This document shows positions 27,434 through 37,609 of a stretch of DNA of 64,000 nt, piece by piece (position 1 is the first letter of the stretch; the number at the start of each line of letters is the position of its first letter). The DNA is from Candidatus Marinacidobacterium sp. (GTDB lineage Bacteria; Acidobacteriota; Vicinamibacteria; Marinacidobacterales; Marinacidobacteraceae): the NCBI GenBank assembly GCA_965220965.1, contig OZ244852.1:448001-512000 (forward strand). Reading direction: 5' to 3'. Position numbers and translations under genes: made by a program. A model generated the notes under the pieces. The model saw nothing but the letters and a program-made list of their open reading frames with translations, was not told the DNA's origin and ran no database searches.

Positions 27434-29358
27434 TCCGCTGCGAGAACGTCGTTGACCGCCCGATGCGCCTCCCGGATCGACGCGTCGGTGTGCGGGCTCG
27501 CCGCCGCATCGGAATTCGCGATGCCGATCCGGCCGAACGGCTGGCGGGCGCGCACCACCGGACGGTCGTCGCCGGCCTCGAACGCCCACTCCGGCGGGTC
27601 GAAGAGCGGGTTGTAGGAATAGGTGTAGCCGTGCGGCCAGCGGTTCACCGTGATCGCGGCGATCTCGCGGTCGGGGTCGAACCCGGCCCCGCCCAGCATC
27701 CGTCCCAACTGGTCGCGGAGGTTCGCCTCGACGGTCTCGAACGTCGTGTGGAGCAGCTCCATCCGGCCGATCCGGTGCTGCTCGCGGCGCGACAGGCCGG
27801 GCTCGCCCGGGTAGCGGTTCATCCGCACCACGAGCGGCTCGTCGGGACTCTCCGAGGTGCGGTAGTCGCCGAGCGCCAGCGGGGGCGCAAGCGCCACCGA
27901 GGTGCAGAAGCTGCCCGGAGCGGCGATCGAGGAGACGCCCGCCTCCACGAACGCCCGCCAGCTTCGCACCAGCACCGAGGTGTACTGGAGCGGCGACTTC
28001 ACCGGCCAGGCGAGCGCGTCCCGCTGCTCCTTCGGGAGCTCGGGGATCAGGTAGGGAATGATGTTGTGCCAGCAGGCCATCACCACCCGGTCGGCGTTCA
28101 CCCGGTGGCCCTCGTCGCCCCGGACGTAGGTCACCCGGGCCGGACCGGCGCCTCCCGGCTCCACCCGGATCACCGTCGAGGAGAGGCGGATCCGGGTGGG
28201 CGAGTCGGGCTCGTCCAGCCGGGTGTAGTCCAGCGGGGCGAGGATGATGTCGTCGAGGGTGGATCCGGGGACGGCGCGCGGGATGGCTTTCCGGACGAGC
28301 AGCCGCGCGATCGTGGCGTTCCCGTCGGGGAAGTAGAGATCGGGGATCCCCTCGTCGGCGCGCGCCTGGTTTTCGCGTCCGTGCTGTCCGCCGGGTTCGT
28401 CGGCGAGCGCCTCTCTCGGCGTCTCCGGGATCTCCATCCCGGAGAATCCCGGCCACCCCTCCTCCCAGGCGTAGCGGGCGGGGAGCGCGTCGATCCCGGT
28501 GCAGAAGATGCTCCGCGGCCGGTGGTCGAAGAACCAGATGACGCCCGGATCGCACCCCACGTGCTTCACCAGGAAATCGGCGTAGCTGATCGTGGCGAGG
28601 TAGGTCTTCTTCTGGACCGGGTCGAGGTCCGGGAGGTAGTCGGGCTGTTCGGCGGCGTGGAGGCGAAGCAGATCCCGCTGGACCGCCTCCGGCATCGGGG
28701 AACCGGCGAGGAAGGCCTCGAGCCCGACGCCCCTCGGCCCCTTCACCAGCCGGTCTTCGCCGAACGTCTCGCGCTCGAAGAACATCCCCGAACCGAGGCC
28801 CAGCCGGGGGTAGAGGTCGCGGACTCCGGCGAGGCTGTCGTGGTAGGCCTGCGCGTCGATCCCGAGCTCGAGGAGGAGCCCCCCGGCGATCTCCCCGAAC
28901 TGGGAGGGCGCCTCGACGTTCAGCGTCCCGCCGTTCATCAGGTAGGTGCGCCCGTCCATCCGGAACTCGTTCCGCTTGGCGTGGCCGCCGAAGTCGTCAT
29001 GGTTGTCCAGAACGAGGATCCGCGCGTCCGGACCCGCCTGCTTCCGGAAGAAGTGGGCGGCGGCGAGACCCGAGATCCCGCCGCCGACCACGACCAGGTC
29101 GTAGGCCTCGCCGGTGTCCGCGGCGCTCCACTCGCGCCCCTCCTGGGTGAAGCCGTGGGCCACTTCGAACGAGCCCGGATGCGAGCCGCGCATCCCGGTG
29201 CGCAGCGGCGGATAAGGGGCGGACCCTTCGCGCTCGATGGCCGCCTGGAACTCCGGGACGTCGCCGCAGGAGAGCGCCGCGCCGGTGAGCGCGACGGACA
29301 CCCCGGAGAGGAAGTCCCGGCGGTTCACGCCGGCGGGGAAGGATCGGTTCCGTTTCAT
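27430..29358 (-). CDS. Tat-exported FAD-dependent oxidoreductase, spermidine dehydrogenase (SpdH)-like
   Basis: NRRDFL, YPPLRTGMRGSHPGSFEVAH, VVGGGISG, DNHDDFGGHAKRNEF, FPDGNA and ITVNRWPHGY. Confidence 0.88.
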   Translation of the reverse strand: MKRNRSFPAGVNRRDFLSGVSVALTGAALSCGDVPEFQAAIEREGSAPYPPLRTGMRGSHPGSFEVAHGFTQEGREWSAADTGEAYDLVVVGGGISGLAAAHFFRKQAGPDARILVLDNHDDFGGHAKRNEFRMDGRTYLMNGGTLNVEAPSQFGEIAGGLLLELGIDAQAYHDSLAGVRDLYPRLGLGSGMFFERETFGEDRLVKGPRGVGLEAFLAGSPMPEAVQRDLLRLHAAEQPDYLPDLDPVQKKTYLATISYADFLVKHVGCDPGVIWFFDHRPRSIFCTGIDALPARYAWEEGWPGFSGMEIPETPREALADEPGGQHGRENQARADEGIPDLYFPDGNATIARLLVRKAIPRAVPGSTLDDIILAPLDYTRLDEPDSPTRIRLSSTVIRVEPGGAGPARVTYVRGDEGHRVNADRVVMACWHNIIPYLIPELPKEQRDALAWPVKSPLQYTSVLVRSWRAFVEAGVSSIAAPGSFCTSVALAPPLALGDYRTSESPDEPLVVRMNRYPGEPGLSRREQHRIGRMELLHTTFETVEANLRDQLGRMLGGAGFDPDREIAAITVNRWPHGYTYSYNPLFDPPEWAFEAGDDRPVVRARQPFGRIGIANSDAAASPHTDASIREAHRAVNDVLAAE

Positions 29359-29759
29359 GCCGTCTCCTGAATGTCTGTCGAGGCGTCCCCCGGCTCCCAC
29401 ACGCGCCGCTCGAGCCGCACCCGGCCCCGTTCATCGAACGGGACGCGCTCCTGCTCGAGCAGCGCGCGCTGGAGTCCTGGCGGACACAGCCCGCGTTCCT
29501 CCGCCGAGAGCGCGCCAAGCGCGCTGACGACCCGGTGCCAGGGGGCGCCCGGCGGACAGCGCCGCATCGCCCACCCGGCGGCGCGCGCCGAGAGCGGGTA
29601 GCCGTCCGCGGTGACCTGGCGGGCGAGCCGACCGTAGGTCGTGACCCGGCCCCTCGGGATGCGGCGCACGAGTGCATGGACGCGGGCGAACTTGCCGTCC
29701 GCCTCGTCCGGAGCGAGGAGCAGGGAGGGTTCCACGGCGGTCCCCTGCTTGTACCACAC
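29355..29759 (-). CDS. Alkyltransferase-like protein (Atl/YbaZ, MGMT family); start possibly 29735
   Basis: IPRGRVTTYG, ARAAGWAM and PWHRVV (Trp in place of the catalytic Cys). Confidence 0.85.
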   Translation of the reverse strand: MWYKQGTAVEPSLLLAPDEADGKFARVHALVRRIPRGRVTTYGRLARQVTADGYPLSARAAGWAMRRCPPGAPWHRVVSALGALSAEERGLCPPGLQRALLEQERVPFDERGRVRLERRVWEPGDASTDIQETA

Positions 29760-29794
29760 GGCGGAGCGGACGAACGGTATGTTCCGGTTCCGGC

Positions 29795-30508
29795 ATGAGC
29801 CTCACGCCCTCGGAAGATCTCCGCCACCCCTGGGACCTCACCCCCCGGGAGGCCGCCGAGATTCAGCGGCGTCTGGCCGGTCGGGTGGAGACCGCCCCTC
29901 CGCCCGGCTTCCAACCCCGCTTCGTCGTGGGGGTGGACGCCGCCTTTCCGCGCCCCGACCCCGGGGCGCCGCGCGAGGTCGTGGCGGCCGCGGTCGTCTG
30001 GGACCTCAGGGAGCAGCGCGCGGTGGAGGAGCGCCTCGTCCGGAGACCGCTCGCCTTTCCCTACGTCCCCGGCCTGCTCTCCTTTCGGGAAGCCCCGGCG
30101 GTTCTGGACGCTCTCGCCGGGCTCACGACGACTCCCGACGCGCTCCTCGCCGACGGGCACGGCCTCGCGCACCCGCGCCGCTTCGGCCTCGCCTGCCACC
30201 TCGGCGTCCTGACCGGCCTTCCCTCCGCCGGGTGCGCCAAGAGCGTCCTCGTCGGAGCGCATGAGGAGCCCGGCCCGGAACGCGGGGCGCGGACGCGGCT
30301 CGTCCACCGCGGCGAGCTCGTGGGGGCGGCGCTCCGCACCCGGTCCCGGGTCCGACCGGTCTTCGTCAGCGTCGGCCACCGGCTCGATCTCGAGTCGGCG
30401 GTCCGGCTCGTTCTCGCCTGTGGCGGCGGCCGGCGCCTCCCCGAGCCGACTCGTCTCGCCGACGCGGGTGTCGGCCGGCGTTCCCAGGGGGTCGCGGCTT
30501 CTTCGTAG
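29795..30508 (+). CDS. nfi: Endonuclease V
   Basis: GVDAAF, FPYVPGLLSFRE, DGHGLAHPRRFGLACHLG, GCAKS, PVFVSVGH and PEPTRLAD. Confidence 0.95.
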   Translation: MSLTPSEDLRHPWDLTPREAAEIQRRLAGRVETAPPPGFQPRFVVGVDAAFPRPDPGAPREVVAAAVVWDLREQRAVEERLVRRPLAFPYVPGLLSFREAPAVLDALAGLTTTPDALLADGHGLAHPRRFGLACHLGVLTGLPSAGCAKSVLVGAHEEPGPERGARTRLVHRGELVGAALRTRSRVRPVFVSVGHRLDLESAVRLVLACGGGRRLPEPTRLADAGVGRRSQGVAASS

Positions 30509-30519
30509 ACTCGCGGCGA

Positions 30520-31701
30520 ATGCCCGCTCCGAGAATCTCCCGCTCCCGAACCCTCCCCACCTTCGCCGTCTTCGCCCTCACCCTGGCCTGCGGCCCCCCC
30601 ACCGACACCCTGGAGATGTCCGACACCGAAGAGACCCCGGCAATCCCGGCGCTCACCGAGGCGGACGCCGCCGCCTTCGCAGCGCTGGCGCTCGACTGCG
30701 TCCTCAAGGAATACCCGAACCAGGTCGCGCTGCGGCTTCGCAGCGACGAGGACCTCGCTCCGCCCCGGGAGCTGACGCCGGTCTTCTACGGCTGCTACGA
30801 CTGGCACTCGGCGGTCCACGGCCACTGGCTGCTGGCCCGGCTGACCCGCCGGTTCCCGGAGGCGGAATTCGCGGCGGGGGCGAGGGAAGCGCTCGACCAC
30901 AACCTCACGGCGGAGCGGGTGGCGGGGGAGCTGCGCTACGTCTCGGTCGAGGGCCGCCGCGGCTTCGAGCGCCCCTACGGTCTGGCGTGGCTCCTTCAGC
31001 TCGACGCCGAACTCGGCGAGTGGGCGGGCGACACCGCGTCCCCGCCGGAGGACCGCGGGCGCGCCGCCCGCTGGCGCGAAACGCTCGATCCGCTGGTCAC
31101 GAACGCCGTCGAGCGGCTGAACGACTTCCTCGGCAAGCTGGAACACCCCCTCCGGGTGGGGGAGCATCGCCAGACCGCGTTCTCGGCGGGCCTGATCCAC
31201 GACTGGGCGGCCTCAACCGGCCACGCCGAAACCAGCGATCTGCTCGCCGCCCGCGCCGAGGTCTGGTATCGCGGCGATGTCCGGTGCCCGGTGGGCTACG
31301 AGCCCGCCGGGCAGGACTTCCTGTCGCCGTGCCTGGGAGAGGCCGACTTCATGCGCCGGGTTCTCCCGGGGGAGGAGTTCGGCGCCTGGCTGGACGCCTT
31401 CCTCCCCGGTCCGCTGCCCGGGACGCTGGAGCCGGTCCGGGTCCCCGAGGACGAGGAGGACGCCTTCGGGCACCTCCACGGTCTCCACCTGAGCCGGGCG
31501 TGGATGGCGCGGGGCGTCGCGTCGGCGCTACCGGAGGAGGATCCCCGCGGACGGGCGCTTTCGGCGCTCGCCGCCCGAAACGCCGCCGCCGGGCTCGCCG
31601 GGGTCGACCCGTCGAACTACACCGGCAGCCACTGGCTCGGGAGCTTTGCGGTCTACCTGCTGACGGACCGCGGCCTCCCCCAAAGGGCGGGTCAGGAGTA
31701 G
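30520..31701 (+). CDS. DUF2891 family lipoprotein
   Basis: Lipobox LTLAC, PVFYGCYDWHSAVHGHW, FERPYGLAWLL, DFLSP, HLHGLHLSRAW and YTGSHWLGSFA. Confidence 0.85.
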   Translation: MPAPRISRSRTLPTFAVFALTLACGPPTDTLEMSDTEETPAIPALTEADAAAFAALALDCVLKEYPNQVALRLRSDEDLAPPRELTPVFYGCYDWHSAVHGHWLLARLTRRFPEAEFAAGAREALDHNLTAERVAGELRYVSVEGRRGFERPYGLAWLLQLDAELGEWAGDTASPPEDRGRAARWRETLDPLVTNAVERLNDFLGKLEHPLRVGEHRQTAFSAGLIHDWAASTGHAETSDLLAARAEVWYRGDVRCPVGYEPAGQDFLSPCLGEADFMRRVLPGEEFGAWLDAFLPGPLPGTLEPVRVPEDEEDAFGHLHGLHLSRAWMARGVASALPEEDPRGRALSALAARNAAAGLAGVDPSNYTGSHWLGSFAVYLLTDRGLPQRAGQE

Positions 31702-32864
31702 AGGAGCGCCGCTTCGCGGTCGGGGTCGAACGCGGCCCCTTCGGCGTCCCCGGCGTCCGCGATCTCCGCCGGCGGCCGACCGGCCTCGATCCCTTCCCGG
31801 AGTTCGGGGTTGCCGAACAGGATGTCGATCGGGAGCCGCACCGTTTCGTACTCGTAGGGCGGGGGACGCCAGGCGAACTCCGCCGGCCAGAGACGGCGGA
31901 TGTGGCTCAGCAGCGCGATCCCGGTGCGCCACGGCCGGTAGGTCCTGCGGTCGATGACGTGCTGCATGACCCCGCCGCATTCCTCGTCGTGGAACTTGTG
32001 GAAGGTCGGGCGGAACCGGATCGGCCGGAACCGGACCCCGGGCAGCTCCTCCTCGGCGAGCGCATCCTTCAGGCGCACGCCGTCCACCCAGGGGGCGCCC
32101 ATCATCTCGAAGGGTCGCGTCGTCCCGCGCCCTTCGGAGAGCAGCGTCCCCTCGATAAGGCAGGCGCCGGGGTAGACCGCCGCGGTGTCCAGCGTGGGCA
32201 TGTTCGGGGACGGGGGCGCGAAGGGGAGTCCGGTCTCGTCGAGCCAGGCATCCCGGCGCCAGCCGCTGCAGCCCACCACCACCAGGTCCGCTCCGATCCT
32301 GTGCTTCCGGTTCAGGTGGCGGGCGATCTCGCCGGCGGTCATCCCGTGCCGGTTGGGGAGCGGGTAGAGACCGACGAACGAACGGTGGTCGTCCCGGACC
32401 AGGTTGCCCTCCACCGCGCTCCCGATGGGATTCGGGCGGTCGAGCACGACGATCCGCTTGCCGAACTCCGCCGCCGCCTCCATGGCGTGCGCCATCGTCC
32501 AGATGTAGGTGTAGTAGCGCGAGCCGATGTCCTGGATGTCGAAGACGAGCGCGTCGAGATCCTCCACCATCGCGCGGGTGGGCCGCCGCGTAGGCCCGTA
32601 GAGGCTGATCAGCGGGACCCGGTCGCCGCCCGCGCCGCCGTCGGGGATCTCGACGAGATCCTGCTCCACCGCGTCGAAGCCGTGCTCGGGGGCGAAGAGC
32701 CTGACGAGCCGGACGCCGGGAAGCCCGGCGACGACCTCCCGGGCGTGGCGCAGCGAGGCGTCCACCGAAGAGGGGTTCGCGATGAGCCCGACGCGGAGCC
32801 CGGCGAGCAGCTCTCCCATTTCGGGGAGGCGGTCGAGTCCGCTCCGCACCGGTTCCGCGCCCAT
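31692..32864 (-). CDS. namZ: Exo-beta-N-acetylmuramidase NamZ family (DUF1343)
   Basis: FAPEHG, FDIQDIGSRYYTY, LDRPNP, HGMTAGE, PSPNMP and SEGRGTTRPFE. Confidence 0.9.
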   Translation of the reverse strand: MGAEPVRSGLDRLPEMGELLAGLRVGLIANPSSVDASLRHAREVVAGLPGVRLVRLFAPEHGFDAVEQDLVEIPDGGAGGDRVPLISLYGPTRRPTRAMVEDLDALVFDIQDIGSRYYTYIWTMAHAMEAAAEFGKRIVVLDRPNPIGSAVEGNLVRDDHRSFVGLYPLPNRHGMTAGEIARHLNRKHRIGADLVVVGCSGWRRDAWLDETGLPFAPPSPNMPTLDTAAVYPGACLIEGTLLSEGRGTTRPFEMMGAPWVDGVRLKDALAEEELPGVRFRPIRFRPTFHKFHDEECGGVMQHVIDRRTYRPWRTGIALLSHIRRLWPAEFAWRPPPYEYETVRLPIDILFGNPELREGIEAGRPPAEIADAGDAEGAAFDPDREAALLYS

Positions 32865-32959
32865 GCGGGAAGCCTACGTGAGCCCGGGGGCGGCCGTTCC
32901 CGCGCAGTGGGATACTTCGGGGTTCGCGTCGGCCCCCCGGCCGGCGGAAGGAGGCCCCC

Positions 32960-34990
32960 GTGACCCGCTCCCGTTCGATTCTTCTGATCGCCCTCGTCGC
33001 GGCGCTCGCGATTCCCCTGGGCGCCGCCGCCCAGGAGGACCGGTGGACGCCCGAGGTCTCCATGGAGTACCACCGGATCTCCGGCGTGGCGATCTCGCCC
33101 GACGGCTCGCTCGCGGCATTCGGGGTGACCCGTCCGCTGATGGAGGGCGAGATGTCCGAGTACCGGACGCGGATCCATGTGGTCCCGACCGCCGGAGGGG
33201 ACACCCTGGCGTGGACCCGCGCCGAGGATTCGGTGAGCTCGCCGGCGTTTTCCCCCGACGGACGGTTCCTGGCCTTCACCAGCTCGCGGAACGGGAAGCC
33301 GCAGGTCTTCGTCCTTCCGCTCGCCGGCGGGGAGGCCTGGCAGTTGACCCACGCCGAAAACGGCGTCCGCTCCTTCCGGTTCTCGCCGGACGGGCGGAGC
33401 GTCGCCTACACGATGACCGACCCCGAGACCGAAGAGGAGAAGACCCGGAAGAAGGAAAAGCGGGACGTGGAGCTGGTGGACCGCAACTTCAAGTACGCCC
33501 ACCTCTACGTGGCGCTCGCCGGGGACGGACCCGACCCGGACGCGGAGGATCGCCGGATCACCCGGGGCGACTTCCACGTCACCGGCTTCGACTGGTCGAG
33601 CAGCGACCGGATCGTCTTCACCCACCAGGCGGACCCCCGGATCAACACGAACCGGCGCTCGGGGGACCTCTCGGTGGTCCACCTGTTCGAAGGCGACATC
33701 ACCCTCCTGAGGGGAGGCGACGGGATCGAGAGTTCGCCCCGGGTCTCCCCCGACGGGGCCACGGTGGCGTTCCGCTCGACCGGGGACCAGCCCGAGCCCG
33801 TGGGGCTCGGCGATGTCTACACGGTCCCGGTCGAGGGCGGGCCGGCGACGAAGCTGGCCGAGACCCCCGACCGCAGCCCCGGCATCCTCGGCTGGTCCCG
33901 TGACGGGTCGCTGGTCTACGTCGCCGAGGCGCACCGGACTTCACGGCGGATGTTCGCGCTCCCCGCGGACGGCGGCGCCCCGGTCGCGGTGACCACCGGC
34001 GACGGGGTCTTCCGTTCCCCGGCGGTCGCTGCGGACGCGGACGTGATGGCCTTCACCCACGAATCACCGGAGACCCCGTGGCAGGTCTTCGCCGCCGATC
34101 TGGGCGCCGGAGGGAGTCCGCCGGACGCCTTCCAGCCCCGTCAACTGACCGATCTTCACGCCGGGGCCCCCCGGCCCGCCATGGGGCTGACGCGCGTGCT
34201 CGACTGGGAGTCCCCCGACGGGACGCCGGTCGAAGGGCTCCTGACGCTTCCCCCCCACTACCGGGAGGGCCAGCGGGTCCCCCTCATCCTGAATGTCCAC
34301 GGAGGCCCCGCCGGGGTCTACTCGGAGACGTTCACCGGGGCCCCCTCGATCTACATGCTCCAGTACTTCGCCGCCGAGGGGTTCGCGATCCTGCGGCCCA
34401 ACCCCCGCGGCTCCACCGGCTACGGGAAGGAGTTCCGCTTCGCGAACATCATGGACTGGGGCTTCGGCGACATGGACGACCTGATGGCGGGCGTGGATCT
34501 CGTGATCGAACAGGGCGTCGCCGACCCCTCGCGGCTCTTCATCATGGGCTGGAGCTACGGCGGCTACATGACCTCGTTCGCGGTGACCCGCACCGACCGC
34601 TTCGTCGCCGCCAGCATGGGCGCCGGCCTGCCCAACCTGATCAGCATGGTGACGACGACCGACATCCAGGACTATCTCGCCGCCCACCAGGGAGGCGAGT
34701 TCTGGGAGGACTTCGAGGTCTACGAGGCCCATTCGGCGATCTACCGGATCGCCGAGGTCACGACGCCGACCCAGGTGATCCACGGCGCGGAGGATCTCCG
34801 CGTCCCCTTCACCCAGGGGCAGGAGTTCTACCGGGCGCTCGACCGGCTGGGCGTTCCCACCGAGATGGTCGTCTACCCGCGGACCCCCCACGGGCCGCGG
34901 GAGCCGAAGTTCCTGATGGACGTGTCGGAGCGGATCCTCACCTGGTTCCGCCAGCACACGCCGGCGCCCGCGACCACGATGGAGCCCTGA
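32960..34990 (+). CDS. S9 family (prolyl oligopeptidase/acylaminoacyl peptidase) with PD40 repeats
   Basis: Signal peptide, SPDG repeats, VHGGP, NPRGSTGYG, GWSYGG, HGAEDLRVP and PH. Confidence 0.93.
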   Translation: MTRSRSILLIALVAALAIPLGAAAQEDRWTPEVSMEYHRISGVAISPDGSLAAFGVTRPLMEGEMSEYRTRIHVVPTAGGDTLAWTRAEDSVSSPAFSPDGRFLAFTSSRNGKPQVFVLPLAGGEAWQLTHAENGVRSFRFSPDGRSVAYTMTDPETEEEKTRKKEKRDVELVDRNFKYAHLYVALAGDGPDPDAEDRRITRGDFHVTGFDWSSSDRIVFTHQADPRINTNRRSGDLSVVHLFEGDITLLRGGDGIESSPRVSPDGATVAFRSTGDQPEPVGLGDVYTVPVEGGPATKLAETPDRSPGILGWSRDGSLVYVAEAHRTSRRMFALPADGGAPVAVTTGDGVFRSPAVAADADVMAFTHESPETPWQVFAADLGAGGSPPDAFQPRQLTDLHAGAPRPAMGLTRVLDWESPDGTPVEGLLTLPPHYREGQRVPLILNVHGGPAGVYSETFTGAPSIYMLQYFAAEGFAILRPNPRGSTGYGKEFRFANIMDWGFGDMDDLMAGVDLVIEQGVADPSRLFIMGWSYGGYMTSFAVTRTDRFVAASMGAGLPNLISMVTTTDIQDYLAAHQGGEFWEDFEVYEAHSAIYRIAEVTTPTQVIHGAEDLRVPFTQGQEFYRALDRLGVPTEMVVYPRTPHGPREPKFLMDVSERILTWFRQHTPAPATTMEP

Positions 34991-35015
34991 GGAGAGCCCC
35001 CGGGCCGGGCGGGGA

Positions 35016-37574
35016 TTACTCCCGCCCGAGCGCCCGGGCCTCCTCGGCGAACTTCACGTAGATCGCGCGGGCTTCATCGAACTGGGCGTAGACGTGCGCC
35101 TGCTCCGCCTCGGAGCGCCAGTAGGGCCACTCCTCCGCCATCTCGCGCAGCCGGTCGACCCAGCGGATGGAGTACTCCGCCGCCGCCAGGCTCCGCACCG
35201 GCTCGTCGCCGGCGAGCGCCCAGACCGGGTTCGTGAAGGCCTGCGGGTAGGCGCAGTCGAGCGGGCGCCGGTCCTCCGGCCCGCCCTCGGCCCGGACCAG
35301 GATCCAGGTGCTGTGGGGGATCTCGAGCGTGCCGGATCCGCTGGCCGACTTCTGGTCGGCCGAGAGTGGAACCTCGGCGACATCCTCGCCGCCGGCCACG
35401 ATCCAGACCCGGTCGAGCGGCGTGATGGAACGCACGCCGACCTTCCAGGAGACCTCGCCTCCACCCTCGGCGAGGCGCACCTCGTCTCCGGGAATCCGGT
35501 TGTTGATCCGGAAGTCGATCAGCGGGCCGCAGCTCACGAAGGCGTGACCGTTTCGCAGTCCGGCCAGCCAGGCGTCCATATCGAGGCCGGCCTCGCCGGT
35601 GTGGATGTAGGTCTTGATGGATCCCACGAGCTTGCTCCGCTGCATGTCGCTGATCGAGTCCTCACCCCCGACCGCCGTGACCCGCAGACCGTTGCTCAGC
35701 GTGGCGTACCACGGATGGAAACCGGAGCGCGAGGCGGAAGACCACTCCACCGCGTGGGTCTCGCCGAGCGCGGCGTCCACCATGTAGCCCTTGGCTCCTC
35801 CGAGGGCGCCGGGTCCGCCGTCGGGGCCGACGAGCGGATCGCTCTCGCCGAAGAAGGCGTGGACATAGCCGACGGTGGCCCCTTGCGCCTTCGCCTTGCG
35901 GAACATGTCGGTGTTCGAGGGGTAGAGGCTCTCGATCGCCGTGCCCTCGTAGCCGGTGGTGTAGGGCGAGAGCAGGTGGGTTTCGAGGTCGAACATGAAG
36001 ACATGGCCGTAGAACGGCGGCCGGTATTCCTGTCCGACGATGAGGAGCATTTCATCGGTCGAGAGCGGGTGGGCGCCGCCGCCGGGGACGAAGTACTGGT
36101 AGTCGAGGATGCGGTTGTCCTTGTTGGCGACCTGCTCGAGAACGATGTCCTGGTCCTCGGCGTCCGACATGAACATGAGGTTCTCGAGCGTGTTCCCGAG
36201 GTTGCCTCCGTAGTTCATGTGGATGTGGGTCGATCCGCTCAGCCAGCCGAGCGCCGCCATGTCGGTGATCGGCGCGAGCCGCAGGGTGGCCGCGGTGACC
36301 TCTCCCTCGCGGATCTCCAGGGTCTCTGACGCGGGTTCGAACTCGAAGCCGCGCACCGCCTCGACCTCGACCGGACCGACCGGGAGTTCGAGCCGGAAGC
36401 TCCCCGCCTGATGGAAGATGTTCTCGTCGGAGCCTCCAACCCGGGCGTAGGCGTCGGGCGGAGCGTAAAACCGGCCGTCCGAGGCGGTCAGGTGGATGCG
36501 CGAGGCGACTTCCTCTCCGGTGGAGTCGTCCACCGTCCGCACCGAGAGGACGCCGACCGGCCGTTTCCAGAGCCTCCGGGTGATCCGGACCGGCCGCCGC
36601 TCGCCGCCGTAGGTCTCGAGCAGCTCGAGCTGGGGCAGGCCGTGTTCGTTCGAGATGAACGCGATCCACTCTCCGTCGGGCGACCAGCGCGCATGGAAGG
36701 CGTCGTGGTTGAAGAACGTGAGCTTGTAGGGCGAGCCGCCGTCGGTCGGCTGGACGTACAGGTTCGCGAACTGGTCGGCCGCGCCGGCGGTCGAGGAGTA
36801 GATGAAGCGCTTCCCGTCGAGCGACACGTCGGGGCGGGTGCGGTAGAGCGACTGCTCGGCCAGCACCGTCGTCCCCTCGTCGAAGCCCTGCGCCGCCAGC
36901 GGGACGCGGATCACGTTGCCCGACCCCAGCGGGACCTCGTGGTTCGAGATCATCAGCAGCTCCCGGGAGTCGGGCATCCACGCCGGAGAGATGTGCATGT
37001 CCCAGGGCCCGAAGTAGAGCCGGTTGTTCCCGTAGTCCTCGTCCCGCGTGAGGGCGAGCTCCTCTCCCTGGAAGTCCCCGTCGGCGAACTCGCGCACGTA
37101 GACGTTGAAGTAACCCGAGGGCTTCGTCGAGACATAGGCGAGCCGCCGCCCGTCGGGCGAGAAGGCCGGGTCCATGTAGAGGAACTCGTCGTCCGCCAGC
37201 ATCCGGCTCTCACCGGTCGCCACATTCAGGACCCCCAGGCCGAAGGTCTCGTGGTTCCGGTCCACCGTGTAGACGATGAACCTCCCGTCGGGAGACCAGG
37301 TCGGCATCGAGTGGTATCCGGGACCCGCCGTGAGCTCCTCGGCGAAGCCGGTCGCGGGATCGACCCTCCAGATGGAGCCCGACATCGCGACCGCGATGCT
37401 CTCGCCGTCCGGCGCCCAGGCCGGCGCCCACGGTGTGCTCGAGGGCGACGGCGGGAAGTAGAAGTTGTGCATGTAGTTGCCGCCGTGGCGCGCCGGGGCG
37501 TAGGCGCCAGTCGGCTGGGCCGACACGGAGGCGGCCGTCAGCAGGCAGATGGCCAGGGGAAGGCGGGGCGACAT
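35016..37574 (-). CDS. TolB-like PD40 propeller fused to a CehA/McbA-type (PHP-like) metallohydrolase
   Basis: Signal peptide, WSPDG repeats, SGSTHIHMNY, GQEYRPPFYGH, GYVH and GGEDS. Confidence 0.82.
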   Translation of the reverse strand: MSPRLPLAICLLTAASVSAQPTGAYAPARHGGNYMHNFYFPPSPSSTPWAPAWAPDGESIAVAMSGSIWRVDPATGFAEELTAGPGYHSMPTWSPDGRFIVYTVDRNHETFGLGVLNVATGESRMLADDEFLYMDPAFSPDGRRLAYVSTKPSGYFNVYVREFADGDFQGEELALTRDEDYGNNRLYFGPWDMHISPAWMPDSRELLMISNHEVPLGSGNVIRVPLAAQGFDEGTTVLAEQSLYRTRPDVSLDGKRFIYSSTAGAADQFANLYVQPTDGGSPYKLTFFNHDAFHARWSPDGEWIAFISNEHGLPQLELLETYGGERRPVRITRRLWKRPVGVLSVRTVDDSTGEEVASRIHLTASDGRFYAPPDAYARVGGSDENIFHQAGSFRLELPVGPVEVEAVRGFEFEPASETLEIREGEVTAATLRLAPITDMAALGWLSGSTHIHMNYGGNLGNTLENLMFMSDAEDQDIVLEQVANKDNRILDYQYFVPGGGAHPLSTDEMLLIVGQEYRPPFYGHVFMFDLETHLLSPYTTGYEGTAIESLYPSNTDMFRKAKAQGATVGYVHAFFGESDPLVGPDGGPGALGGAKGYMVDAALGETHAVEWSSASRSGFHPWYATLSNGLRVTAVGGEDSISDMQRSKLVGSIKTYIHTGEAGLDMDAWLAGLRNGHAFVSCGPLIDFRINNRIPGDEVRLAEGGGEVSWKVGVRSITPLDRVWIVAGGEDVAEVPLSADQKSASGSGTLEIPHSTWILVRAEGGPEDRRPLDCAYPQAFTNPVWALAGDEPVRSLAAAEYSIRWVDRLREMAEEWPYWRSEAEQAHVYAQFDEARAIYVKFAEEARALGRE

Positions 37575-37609
37575 GGTTCGTTCCTCCCGGAATACCGATT
37601 TCGGAAACA

